Made by a program: the position numbers and the translations under genes. The notes below the pieces were generated by a model, which saw only the letters and a program-made list of their open reading frames with translations, had not been told where the DNA came from and searched no databases. 64,000 nt of DNA from Caulobacteraceae bacterium (GTDB lineage: Bacteria; Pseudomonadota; Alphaproteobacteria; Caulobacterales; Caulobacteraceae): positions 5,888-69,887 of the forward strand of contig DASYBX010000047.1 of the NCBI GenBank assembly GCA_036500495.1. The letters are read 5' to 3'. This document shows, one piece after another, positions 32,814 through 40,687 of this stretch; positions within the stretch are counted from its first letter, which is position 1, and the number at the start of each line of letters is the position of its first letter.

Positions 32814-32834
32814 GCAATGAGAATTATTCGCAAC
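32814..32834. promoter_or_regulatory. Fur-box-like operator upstream of the TonB receptor gene
   Basis: gcaatGAGAATTATTCgcaac. The same 11-mer GAGAATTATTC recurs on the opposite strand at 33927-33937. Confidence 0.5.
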
Positions 32835-33889
32835 TAGCCCGCCGACGGCCGGCGGCGCTTGAGCCAGAGCGCTGTCCCGGTCACGCCCAGCAGCGCCGGA
32901 GCCAGGCCGGCCGCCGCGATCACCGCCCGCCACAAGGGATGGGTGTCGTCGCCGTCGTGGACCTGGCGCATCAGCCGCATCACGGGATCACCGCCGCCCG
33001 GGCCTGAAGGCGGAGCGGGCCTGGCCTCGGTGGCGCCGGTGCGGTCGTCGACCCGCACCTGCATCGCACCCTTCTCGCCGCGCAGCTGGACGCGCCAGGA
33101 CGGATGTTTGCCGGGCCCTGGAAGGACGACCTGCAGCACGCGGGCCGGCCCCGCCGCCGTCAGGGCCGCGGCCACGGCGGCGTCGACGGTCAGATGAGGT
33201 TCGGCCAGGACGGCGTCGCCTGGGCGCGGGCCCTGCGTCGGCGCCGGGGCTCCGCTGACCAGGCGCACAGCCTCGGGAAAGGCGATCGCCGCGCCGGTGA
33301 ACGACAGCAAGGCCAGGGGAACGCAGATCCAGAAGCCCATCATGTGGTGCAGATTGCTCCAGACGAGGGGAGAGCGCCGCCAGGCCAGGCCCTTGATGAA
33401 CAGGCCGCGCGGCCACCAGATGATCAGGCCGCTGACGCAGGACGCGAGCATGAACAGGCCGAGCCAGCCCACCAGCTTGCGGCCGGCCTGGGCCATGAAC
33501 AGGTTGCCATGCAACTGATGCACCATGCCGCGCAGCTCCTGGCGCGGGGCGCCCACCTCCAACACCTTGCCGCTTCCCGGGTCGAGCCAAGCGGTCAGCG
33601 CGCCGCCCTGCACCGTGACCGGCCCACCGTCCGGGCCCTGGGGCAGGCGCAGCTGCGTCGGGTGGGCACGCTCGCCGAAAGCCTGGCGGGCCGCGTCGAC
33701 ATAGGCGCCAGGGGTGAGCGCAACAGGCCCCGAGACCGCATGCCTCTGCGGGTGCAGCCAGGCGTCGATCGGGTCGTCATAGACCAGCCAAGCGCCAGTC
33801 AGGCCGATCGGCGCCAGGACCAGGAACAGGACCAGACCAATCCACAGGTGGAGGGTGCGCGAGAAGGCGCGAAGACGCAGTCGGGCCAT
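32834..33889 (-). CDS. PepSY-associated TM helix protein (PiuB-like)
   Basis: FSRTLHLWIGLVLFLVL N-terminal helix, HQLHGNLF motif, C-terminal HDGDD...WRAVIAAAGL helix. Confidence 0.85.
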   Translation of the reverse strand: MARLRLRAFSRTLHLWIGLVLFLVLAPIGLTGAWLVYDDPIDAWLHPQRHAVSGPVALTPGAYVDAARQAFGERAHPTQLRLPQGPDGGPVTVQGGALTAWLDPGSGKVLEVGAPRQELRGMVHQLHGNLFMAQAGRKLVGWLGLFMLASCVSGLIIWWPRGLFIKGLAWRRSPLVWSNLHHMMGFWICVPLALLSFTGAAIAFPEAVRLVSGAPAPTQGPRPGDAVLAEPHLTVDAAVAAALTAAGPARVLQVVLPGPGKHPSWRVQLRGEKGAMQVRVDDRTGATEARPAPPSGPGGGDPVMRLMRQVHDGDDTHPLWRAVIAAAGLAPALLGVTGTALWLKRRRPSAG

Positions 33890-33922
33890 GCCGGCTCCTT
33901 GGACAAGGGAGCCGATTTGCTA

Positions 33923-33941
33923 CTAAGAATAATTCTCATAT
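33923..33941. promoter_or_regulatory. Fur-box-like operator upstream of the PepSY gene
   Basis: ctaagaataattctcatat (minus strand atatGAGAATTATTCttag), about 35 bp upstream of the start codon at 33889. Confidence 0.55.
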
Positions 33942-33970
33942 GCAAGTTGAGGCCTGAGCCTGGCGCGAAA

Positions 33971-34000
33971 TGACGAAAGCCCCGCCACTGGGGCGGGGCT
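33971..34000 (-). terminator. rho-independent terminator of the entericidin-like gene
   Basis: Minus strand: agccccgcc-ccagt-ggcggggct followed by TTTCGTCATTT. Confidence 0.6.
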
Positions 34001-34027
34001 TCGCCGAAACCAGACTGAGTGGGGCGT

Positions 34028-34162
34028 CTACTTGGCGTCCCGGGCCGTGTCGGTCACGGCCTTGCCGGCGGAAGAGACGTCCTTGCCGGCGCCTTCCACG
34101 GTGTTGCAGGCGGCGATGGCCATGCTGGCGACGGCGGCGGCGAGAATGATGAGCTTGCGCAT
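34028..34162 (-). CDS. entericidin EcnA/B-family small lipoprotein
   Basis: MRKLIILAAAVASMAIAAC lipobox, then NTVEGAGKDVSSAGKAVTDTARDAK. 44 aa. Internal ATG of ORF 34028..34276. Confidence 0.65.
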   Translation of the reverse strand: MRKLIILAAAVASMAIAACNTVEGAGKDVSSAGKAVTDTARDAK

Positions 34163-34196
34163 TTCCGGATCCCCTTGAAGTGAAAGGTGAAGCTTA

Positions 34197-34223
34197 AACG
34201 CCTTCCGACCGGATCGGTTCACC
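34197..34223 (-). promoter_or_regulatory. EcfG-type promoter (one mismatch) for the entericidin-like gene
   Basis: Minus strand GGTGAAC-N16-CGTT, i.e. TGAAC-cgatccggtcggaagg-CGTT. About 35 nt upstream of ATG 34162. Confidence 0.6.
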
Positions 34224-34338
34224 TGGGCCGCAGAGCACCCCACAGGTTTGACAATTCTGGCCGCCTGATCGTTCAATCCAGCCGGGGCGCGCGCCTCTCA
34301 AACACTGGACCCAAGTCGCCGACCTTCTGGAGGCGCCC

Positions 34339-34797
34339 ATGCGGGCTGACCGCTTCGACCTGCCTCTGCGCATCCTCGTGCAGGACCCCCTGCCCGACCT
34401 GACCCTGGTCCTGCAGAAAGGCGCGACGGGCAAGGCCGAGCACCTCCCGCCGGCCCCGTCTTCGGTCCCGACCCAGGCCCTGGCCTTCGACCTGGAGGTG
34501 ACGGTCACGGGCGCCTTGCCGGACGGACGGCCACGGTTCCTCGGCGCCTATGTGCAGGGACCGCCGACGGGGCGGTTCGTCTATATCTGCGTCGGCAAGA
34601 TGGCCGGCCAGGCAGACTCCGAGTTCGGCGGGCGCATGAAGATTCCCCTGGGCGCGCTCGATTGGCCCCTCATCGAGGCGGCGCAGCCTGGCGGGCGGAT
34701 CGAAGGCCGCGTGCCGGGGCGCAACGCCAAGGGCGGACCCGCCCTGGCCACGGTCCCGATCCTGCCGCCAGGGTGGGCGGCGCAGGCGCGCGCTTGA
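34339..34797 (+). CDS. DUF5990 family protein
   Basis: 152 aa. FLGAYVQGPPTGRFVYICVG motif. Family assignment from memory. Confidence 0.6.
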   Translation: MRADRFDLPLRILVQDPLPDLTLVLQKGATGKAEHLPPAPSSVPTQALAFDLEVTVTGALPDGRPRFLGAYVQGPPTGRFVYICVGKMAGQADSEFGGRMKIPLGALDWPLIEAAQPGGRIEGRVPGRNAKGGPALATVPILPPGWAAQARA

Positions 34798-34822
34798 GTA
34801 GCGCTGGGCGTAAGGAAAATCG

Positions 34823-36532
34823 CTAGGCCGCCTGCTCCGCCTTGCGCGGCGGCTTGGCCTGGATCTGGCCTTCGGGAGCGGGAAACACCAGGCGGGCGGT
34901 GACGCCGCCGCGGGCATTGGGCGCGATGTCCGCGCGGCCTCGCAACTGGCGGGCGAAGGCGGTCATCAGGGTGCGGCCCACGCCCTCGGTCAGCTCCGGC
35001 GGCTGATCCCGGCCGCCCTCGTCGGAAATCTCCAGAACCCCCTCTTCACCCTGCAGGGTGAAGCGCACGCTCAGCGAGCCCCCCTGCGGTCCGAAGGCGT
35101 GCTTCTGGGCGTTGGAAATGGCCTCCACCGCGAACAGGGCGATGGGCGCCAGTTTGTCGGGATCGACCACCAGGTCGTCGGCCTCGAGCTCGGTGCGGAA
35201 GGTCGGATGCTGGCCGGAGTCGGTCGACAGCACCTGGGCGATCAGTTCCTCGAGGAACGAGCGCAGGTCCACCCGCTTGAGGTCCGGCCCCTGGTAGAGG
35301 GCGCGGTAGATCAGGGCGAGGGCGCCGATGCGCTGGCGGGTGTTGGACATGGCCGCCCGCGCCGCCGGATCGCTGAGGGCGCGCTGCTGCATGTTGAGCA
35401 GGGAGGTGATCACCTGCAGGTTGTTCTTCACCCGGTGGTGGATCTCGCGCATCAGCGCGTCCTTCTGGGCGAGGTTGTCGCGCAGGGCCTGGTCGCGGCC
35501 GGCGATGGTCTCGGCCATGATGTCGAGGGTGTGAGCCAGGGCGCGCACCTCCGGCGGCGCCCGCTCGGCCTGCAGCGGCCGCACGGTGAAGCGCCCGCGG
35601 GCGTAGATGGCGGCGATGCGGTCGAGATAGGCCAGCCAGCGCACGATCACCCGATCCGCCGCCACCCACACACAGGCCAGGGCCAGGCCGAAGGCGAAGA
35701 TGGGCAGCAGCAGGCTCGACCACGGGTTGAACCTGGCCCAGTAGAACAGACCCTGGTCGGGCGCGGACAGCACCACCGTGACGTCGCGCAGCAGCGGCGC
35801 CGCGGCATAGACCCGCTCGGCGCCGCGCAGGTCCTTGGCGCGGAACACGTCGGCTTCCCGGGCCGCCACGGCCAGGTCCGCGGCCGGCACCGGGGCGAAG
35901 GCGTCCCGGTTGGTCGACAGCAGATAGCGGCCTGAGCGGTCGGCCAGGGCCACCTCGGCGCCTGGCGGAAGGGTGCGGTCGGTCAGGTCGGGCTTGAGTT
36001 CGTCGAGCGGGGTGATCGCCACCAGGGCCCCGCCGAAGCCGCCGCCGGAGGTCGGCGCGCGCACCGCCATCAGGGCCGCGGGCTCCTTGGTGTAGGGGCC
36101 GGCGTCGATGCGGGTGATGGCCACCTGATCGCCGCGCTTCAGGGCCTGGAACCAGTCGGATCGGGTGCGGCCGAGGTCCGGCCCTACCGGATCGGCGGCG
36201 CAGGAGACCCGGCCGTCGGAGTCCAGGCGGATCAGGTTGGCGAAGCCCTTGGAGCGCTGCATGGCCTCCGCCAGCCGCGGCGAGCACTGGGCGCCGATGA
36301 CGGCGGGGGTCAGGGTTTCCAGCAATACCTCGGCCGTCTGCATCCGCGCCCGCGCCAGGGAGGCGCTGCGTTCGGCGGCGGCGACCAGACTGGTGCGCCG
36401 CTCTTCGGCTTCACGGCGGAAGACGACCACGGACTGCACGGCGCCCAGCACCAGCACCGGCATCAGGGCGATGGCGAGGGCCGCACCCAACCTCAATCGG
36501 ATGGTCAGCGGCCCCCACGCCAACCGACTCAT
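34823..36532 (-). CDS. phyK: HWE/HisKA_2 sensor histidine kinase, GSR kinase PhyK-like
   Basis: H-box EIHHRVKNNLQVITSLLNMQ. TM - periplasmic-like domain - TM N-terminus. Directly downstream of ecfG. Confidence 0.85.
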   Translation of the reverse strand: MSRLAWGPLTIRLRLGAALAIALMPVLVLGAVQSVVVFRREAEERRTSLVAAAERSASLARARMQTAEVLLETLTPAVIGAQCSPRLAEAMQRSKGFANLIRLDSDGRVSCAADPVGPDLGRTRSDWFQALKRGDQVAITRIDAGPYTKEPAALMAVRAPTSGGGFGGALVAITPLDELKPDLTDRTLPPGAEVALADRSGRYLLSTNRDAFAPVPAADLAVAAREADVFRAKDLRGAERVYAAAPLLRDVTVVLSAPDQGLFYWARFNPWSSLLLPIFAFGLALACVWVAADRVIVRWLAYLDRIAAIYARGRFTVRPLQAERAPPEVRALAHTLDIMAETIAGRDQALRDNLAQKDALMREIHHRVKNNLQVITSLLNMQQRALSDPAARAAMSNTRQRIGALALIYRALYQGPDLKRVDLRSFLEELIAQVLSTDSGQHPTFRTELEADDLVVDPDKLAPIALFAVEAISNAQKHAFGPQGGSLSVRFTLQGEEGVLEISDEGGRDQPPELTEGVGRTLMTAFARQLRGRADIAPNARGGVTARLVFPAPEGQIQAKPPRKAEQAA

Positions 36533-36550
36533 GACTTCACCTCGGGTTCG

Positions 36551-37153
36551 CTACCTCAGGGCGCTCAGCCGCTCGGCATCTTCGAGGATAGCGCGCATGG
36601 CGTCGCTCGCCGAGGCCCCGTCTCGCTTATAGTTGCCGGCTTCGAGGATGCCTTGCAGGGCGCGGCGGGCCCGGCTGACCCGGCTCTTCACCGTGCCCAC
36701 GGCGCAGCCGCAGATCTCGGCCGCCTCCTCGTAGGCGAAGCCGCCGGCGCCGACCAGGATCAGCGCCTCGCGCTGTTCGGCCGGCAGCATGTAGAGGCCC
36801 AGGCGCAGCTCGTCGAGCGCCACCGGAGCCTCGGGATCATCGACCGCCACCAGGGTCCGCTCGGCGGCCTCCTGGTCCAGCTGGGTCTGGCGCCAGGACC
36901 GGCGCTTCTCCGAATAGAACTGGTTGCGCAGGATCATGAAGGTCCAGGCCTTCATGTTGGTGCCCATCTGATAGCTCTGGCGCGCGTCCCAGGCCTTCAT
37001 CATGGCGTCCTGCGCCAGATCGTCGGCCGAGGTGGGATCGCCGGCCAGGGTCCGGGCGAAGGCGCGCAGATGCGGAATGAGGGCGACCAGCTCCGCCTTG
37101 AACGCCGCCTCCCGCGCGGGATCGGTGGGATGGTCCTTGCGTTTCTCGTCCAT
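36551..37153 (-). CDS. ecfG: ECF sigma factor EcfG (SigT-like), general stress response
   Basis: Region 2 (DDLAQDAMMKAWDARQSY...KAWTFMILRNQFYSEKRR) and region 4 (EAAEICGCAVGTVKSRVSRARRAL). ATG overlaps the nepR stop (TGATG). Confidence 0.93.
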   Translation of the reverse strand: MDEKRKDHPTDPAREAAFKAELVALIPHLRAFARTLAGDPTSADDLAQDAMMKAWDARQSYQMGTNMKAWTFMILRNQFYSEKRRSWRQTQLDQEAAERTLVAVDDPEAPVALDELRLGLYMLPAEQREALILVGAGGFAYEEAAEICGCAVGTVKSRVSRARRALQGILEAGNYKRDGASASDAMRAILEDAERLSALR

Positions 37154-37389
37154 CAATCTTGACCCGACTTGCGGGCGTCGGCGCGCTTGAGGATTTCCAG
37201 GAACTCGTCAGGCACGGGTTCGTTAACCACCTGATCGAACATCTGTCGCAGCTTGACGCCGATCGCCTGCTGCCGCAATCGCGCTTCATCGAGCGACGGA
37301 TCGCTCTTTCGGCGTACGTCCGAATGCCTTTGTTCGATCATTTTACCGGCGGACGTCTTGCCGACGTCATCGCCCCCTCTGGTGCTCAT
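37153..37389 (-). CDS. nepR: anti-sigma factor NepR
   Basis: Conserved C-terminal IGVKLRQMFDQVVNEPVPDEFLEILKRAD. The first ATG is 37389, because the track start at 37401 is a TTG inside the -10 element. Confidence 0.85.
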   Translation of the reverse strand: MSTRGGDDVGKTSAGKMIEQRHSDVRRKSDPSLDEARLRQQAIGVKLRQMFDQVVNEPVPDEFLEILKRADARKSGQD

Positions 37390-37399
37390 GTCCGTCCAC

Positions 37400-37424
37400 A
37401 ACGTTCCTCGGCGGAGAGAGTTCC
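37400..37424 (-). promoter_or_regulatory. EcfG-dependent promoter of nepR-ecfG-phyK
   Basis: Minus strand GGAAC-tctctccgccgaggaa-CGTT. Perfect GGAAC-N16-CGTT. Confidence 0.85.
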
Positions 37425-37465
37425 ATACCGCGTTCAGCGTCGCTGTAGAAATTTTGTCTGCAGCC

Positions 37466-37490
37466 GGAACCCCTTACGTGCGCGTACGTT
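37466..37490 (+). promoter_or_regulatory. EcfG-dependent promoter of phyR
   Basis: GGAAC-cccttacgtgcgcgta-CGTT. Perfect match, divergent from the nepR promoter. Confidence 0.85.
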
Positions 37491-37615
37491 GAGCCCAGAA
37501 GTCCCGAGTCCTCGGGGCGGACCACGTGCGCCCGTCATGTTTTCGCCGCGCGGCGCCGGTGTTCTATCGTGGCCCAGAAGGCCCAGTTACCGATCGGGGG
37601 AGGGTTTCTAACATC

Positions 37616-38407
37616 ATGAGCCTACTCGCACGCCTTGCGCCGCACCTGCCTTATGTCCGCCGCTATGCCCGCGCGCTCACCGGGGACCAAGCCACCGGCG
37701 ACAACTATGTGCGCGTGGCGCTGGAGGCCCTGGCCGCCGGTGAAGCGCAGCTCGACGCCAACCTCACGCCGAGGGTGGCGCTCTACCGCGTGTTCCACGC
37801 CATCTGGTGCTCCACCGGGGCCCAGCTCGAGGCGCCGGACGACGGCGAGTCCGACGACACGGCGCACCGCCTGCTGCGCATCGCCCCCCGCTCGCGCCAA
37901 GCCTTCTTGCTCACTGCGCTGGAGGGCTTCACGCCGTCCGAGGCCGCCCAGATCCTCGACGCCGACTTCGAGGAGGTCGAGCACCTGATCGGCGAAGCCC
38001 AGGCCGAGATCGACGCCGAACTGGCCACCGACGTCCTGATCATCGAGGACGAGCCGGTGATCGCCGCCGATATCGAAGCCCTGGTGCGCGAACTCGGCCA
38101 CGACGTGGTCGACATCGCCGCCACGCGCCGCGAGGCGGTGGAAGCCATCGCCCGCAAGACCCCGGGTCTGGTGCTCGCCGACATCCAGCTCGCCGACGGC
38201 TCCTCGGGTATCGACGCAGTGAAGGACATCCTGGCCCGCTACAGCGTGCCGGTGATCTTCATCACCGCCTTCCCCGAGCGCCTGCTGACCGGCGAGCGGC
38301 CCGAGCCCACCTTCCTGATCACGAAGCCGTTCCAGCCGGAGACGGTGAAGGCGGCGATCGGCCAGGCGCTGTTCTTCCACCCCGCTTCCGCCAGGAAGGC
38401 GGCCTAG
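37616..38407 (+). CDS. phyR: anti-anti-sigma factor / response regulator PhyR
   Basis: Sigma-like N-domain (LPYVRRYARALTGDQATGDNYV) plus a C-terminal receiver (VLIIEDEPVIA...LVLADIQLADG...ITKPF). GGGGGAGGG SD before ATG 37616. Confidence 0.95.
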   Translation: MSLLARLAPHLPYVRRYARALTGDQATGDNYVRVALEALAAGEAQLDANLTPRVALYRVFHAIWCSTGAQLEAPDDGESDDTAHRLLRIAPRSRQAFLLTALEGFTPSEAAQILDADFEEVEHLIGEAQAEIDAELATDVLIIEDEPVIAADIEALVRELGHDVVDIAATRREAVEAIARKTPGLVLADIQLADGSSGIDAVKDILARYSVPVIFITAFPERLLTGERPEPTFLITKPFQPETVKAAIGQALFFHPASARKAA

Positions 38408-38485
38408 GAACGGGCCAGCGGAGCAGACGTTCTGCACGGAGGGGGTCGCCTCATGCGGCCCCTTTTCGTTTCTGGAGGTTTCGAC

Positions 38486-38659
38486 ATGCTCGGCTGGGCC
38501 ATCACCTTCGCCCTCCTGGCCATCGTCGCCGGACTGCTCGGCTTTCTCGCCCTGGCGGGTCTCGCCGCCGCCATCGCCAAGATTCTGTTCGTGATCTTCC
38601 TGGCGCTGCTGGTGATCAGTTTCATCATGCGGGCGATCCGCGGGCAGTCGGTGGTCTAG
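38486..38659 (+). CDS. DUF1328 (UPF0391) small membrane protein
   Basis: [55 protein letters not shown] 7 nt upstream. Immediately downstream of phyR. Confidence 0.8.
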   Translation: MLGWAITFALLAIVAGLLGFLALAGLAAAIAKILFVIFLALLVISFIMRAIRGQSVV

Positions 38660-38683
38660 GCCAACGACCAAGAGGTAAAACAA

Positions 38684-38715
38684 GGGCGACCCTGAAGGGT
38701 CGCCCTTTTCGTTTG
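38684..38715. terminator. hairpin terminator between convergent genes
   Basis: gggcgaccc-tgaa-gggtcgccc followed by TTTTCGTTT. An A-rich tract on the other side allows use from both strands. Confidence 0.75.
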
Positions 38716-38740
38716 CTCAGGGTCTGCGGAATCCGGAAGG

Positions 38741-39064
38741 CTACTGGCCCTGACCGCGCCCGTTGGTCGGGTTGGGGGTGATGGTCGGGGTGGTCTGCGG
38801 ATTCTCGGACTCGCGCGGCTGGGACGGCGGCGCCTGGAAGCCCTTGGCCTCGGTCAGGGCGCTCTGGCTGGCGCGGGTCTGACCGCCGGGCTGGGACAGG
38901 CGTCCATTCCAGATGCCGCCCACCATCACGGCGTAGATCACCACGATCAGGCCGAGCGAGATGACCAGCACCCAAAGGACGTGACGGCCGCGGAAGCCCT
39001 GGCGCGCCTCGGTGGGGCTGAGCACCGGCGGGTCCTGCGGCTTGGTTTCTGGAGTGGCGGGCAT
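38741..39064 (-). CDS. hypothetical single-pass membrane protein (EcfG promoter upstream)
   Basis: 107 aa, one TM (VLWVLVISLGLIVVIYAVMVGGIW), GC-rich third positions, GAGGAGG SD. Confidence 0.55.
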   Translation of the reverse strand: MPATPETKPQDPPVLSPTEARQGFRGRHVLWVLVISLGLIVVIYAVMVGGIWNGRLSQPGGQTRASQSALTEAKGFQAPPSQPRESENPQTTPTITPNPTNGRGQGQ

Positions 39065-39092
39065 GGGAAAACCTCCTCACTACCCGAAGTGC

Positions 39093-39117
39093 AACGCCCT
39101 GGATTTGGCCATGTTCC
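39093..39117 (-). promoter_or_regulatory. EcfG-type promoter
   Basis: Minus strand GGAAC-atggccaaatccaggg-CGTT. Perfect. -10 lies about 29 nt upstream of ATG 39064. Confidence 0.75.
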
Positions 39118-39188
39118 GGCAGCAAGCTGAGCCCATGACGCCACCCCAGAGACTTGCCACAGCGGTATTTTTGCCGCCCCATGCCCGC

Positions 39189-39485
39189 ATGAAGCTTCGC
39201 CATGGCGCCCTCGCCCTGCTCGCCGCCGCCGCTCTTCTCGGCGCTGGCCTGGCCCATGCCCAGACCGCCCCCCCTGTGGGCGCTGAGGTGCGCGACGGCA
39301 AGGGCGCCAAGGTCGGCAAGATCGAGAAGATCATCCTGGGCGCCGATGGCCGGCCCAAGCAGGTTCTGGTGCGCGTAGACCGGGTGCTGCGCGCCCTGCC
39401 GGTGGAGGCTCTGGAGCGCTCCGGCGACGCCTATGTGGCGGTGCTCACCCGGGCCGAAATCGCGTCGCTGCCGGCCGCCGAGTGA
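39189..39485 (+). CDS. secreted PRC-barrel domain protein
   Basis: Signal peptide MKLRHGALALLAAAALLGAGLAHA, then VRDGKGAKVGKIEKIILGADGRPKQVLVRV (PRC-barrel pattern). Confidence 0.65.
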   Translation: MKLRHGALALLAAAALLGAGLAHAQTAPPVGAEVRDGKGAKVGKIEKIILGADGRPKQVLVRVDRVLRALPVEALERSGDAYVAVLTRAEIASLPAAE

Positions 39486-39568
39486 GAGACCCCGCGTCGG
39501 GCTGCCGCGCCTGGAATTAGCTTCGATCACGTCATCGCGAAAATTTCTCGAGAATTGTGATTTGACCC

Positions 39569-39593
39569 GGAACTCGGCTTTGGCCCGCGTGTT
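39569..39593 (+). promoter_or_regulatory. EcfG-type promoter (near consensus) of the sRNA candidate
   Basis: GGAAC-tcggctttggcccgcg-TGTT (GGAAC-N17-GTT). Confidence 0.6.
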
Positions 39594-39597
39594 ATTG

Positions 39598-39720
39598 CAG
39601 TGCGGAGGCGACGACGCCCCCCCGACTTGAGACCGGCCATGCCCGGTCAGTCGCCTCCGCACCCTTATTCTCGATGATGCAATCCCTTAAGGCGGACCCC
39701 AAGGCCCGCCTTTTTCTTTT
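39598..39720 (+). ncRNA. gsrN: GsrN-like EcfG-dependent small RNA candidate
   Basis: No ORF. 13-bp stem gtgcggaggcgac/gtcgcctccgcac (39600-39612 / 39650-39662) encloses a single-stranded C7 tract (39617-39623) and an inner hairpin gaccgg/ccggtc. The 3' hairpin ggcggacc/ggcccgcc is followed by TTTTTCTTTT (39691-39720). Confidence 0.6.
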
Positions 39721-39809
39721 AGTGCGCTATCGGCTAACGCCGGCTTGAGCGCGAGGTTCGACCCGGTTCGAGACGCTGGCCAAGCGCGCTCGCGGAGTGC
39801 AATCAAGAC

Positions 39810-40247
39810 TCAGTGCTGGAAGCGGATGAACACGTCGAGCCGACGCCGCTCGGGCGCCGGGCGGGCCGCGCCGCCCAGCGAATTGGCCTGGAAGCGTGCG
39901 GCGGGCAGGCCGGCGGCTTCCAGGGCCTCGGCCAGGCGACGCCCGCGTTCCCGCGACAGCGCAGGGCCGGCCCCGTTGCCGGGATCGGCCACGCCGACCA
40001 CCTCCACGCTCGGTCCCCGGCAGCCCTGCGCCTGGCGGCCGGCGTTGCGGATCACCTTCGCGGCGGCCGGACTCACCTCGGCGGAGCGAGCGGCGAAATA
40101 GACCGGGAAGAAGAAGTCGGTGCAAGGCGGTTCGGCCAGGATCCGCGCCTGGGTCTCCAGGCCCGACATTGAACCGCAGGCGCTCAGGCCCGCGGCCGCC
40201 GAGACCGCTGCGACCCAAGCCCAGATCCTCGTGAACGCCGTCACCAA
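39810..40247 (-). CDS. OmpA-like (C-terminal domain) lipoprotein
   Basis: Lipobox AGLSAC, then VYFAARSAEVSPAAAKVI...VEVVGVADPGNG...LSRERGRRLAEALEAAGLP (OmpA_C pattern, somewhat degenerate). Confidence 0.65.
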   Translation of the reverse strand: MVTAFTRIWAWVAAVSAAAGLSACGSMSGLETQARILAEPPCTDFFFPVYFAARSAEVSPAAAKVIRNAGRQAQGCRGPSVEVVGVADPGNGAGPALSRERGRRLAEALEAAGLPAARFQANSLGGAARPAPERRRLDVFIRFQH

Positions 40248-40268
40248 GCCTCCTCCGCGACCGGCGTT

Positions 40269-40556
40269 TCAGAAGCGCGGGTCGCCGTTCTCCCAGTAGT
40301 AGCGGCCGGTCTGCGGGTCGAAGTAGTAATACCGGGCCGTGCGCTGGTCGTAATATTGACGTCGGTCGGTGGGCGGACACCCCACTCCGCCCTTGCTGCA
40401 ATCCTTTTCCTTGACCTGGCTCTTGGCCGGCTTGATGTCGCGGCCCTCGCGGAAATGGCTGATCGTGCCGCAGCCGGCCACAGCCAGCGACAGCACTGCC
40501 GCCGAGGCCGTCAGGGCGAGGGGCGCGAACCTTGCGGACGGGACGGCCTTGGGCAT
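40269..40556 (-). CDS. small lipoprotein, Tyr-rich C-terminus
   Basis: MPKAVPSARFAPLALTASAAVLSLAVAGC lipobox, ...RYYYFDPQTGRYYWENGDPRF. AAGGAG SD. The long track ORF 40269..41729 is mostly junk upstream of this ATG. Confidence 0.6.
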   Translation of the reverse strand: MPKAVPSARFAPLALTASAAVLSLAVAGCGTISHFREGRDIKPAKSQVKEKDCSKGGVGCPPTDRRQYYDQRTARYYYFDPQTGRYYWENGDPRF

Positions 40557-40584
40557 CGGATACTCCTTGATGGCCGCGCTGGCT

Positions 40585-40609
40585 GGAACCCGTCCAGCGG
40601 CCTCCCGTT
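40585..40609 (+). promoter_or_regulatory. EcfG-type promoter
   Basis: GGAAC-ccgtccagcggcctcc-CGTT. Perfect. About 78 nt upstream of ATG 40688. Confidence 0.75.
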
Positions 40610-40687
40610 GAATCCGGCGGGCCGGGCGGTGAGTCAATTCTCTTCGGCGCGCGCGGCGCGATCGGAGACTGACGAACGGAGCAAACC

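Noticed and set aside
39745-39775. Duplicated GGTTCGA (tRNA T-arm-like) motif
   Set aside because: No acceptor stem, anticodon arm or D-arm can be drawn. It lies just past the sRNA terminator and next to a repeat-family copy.
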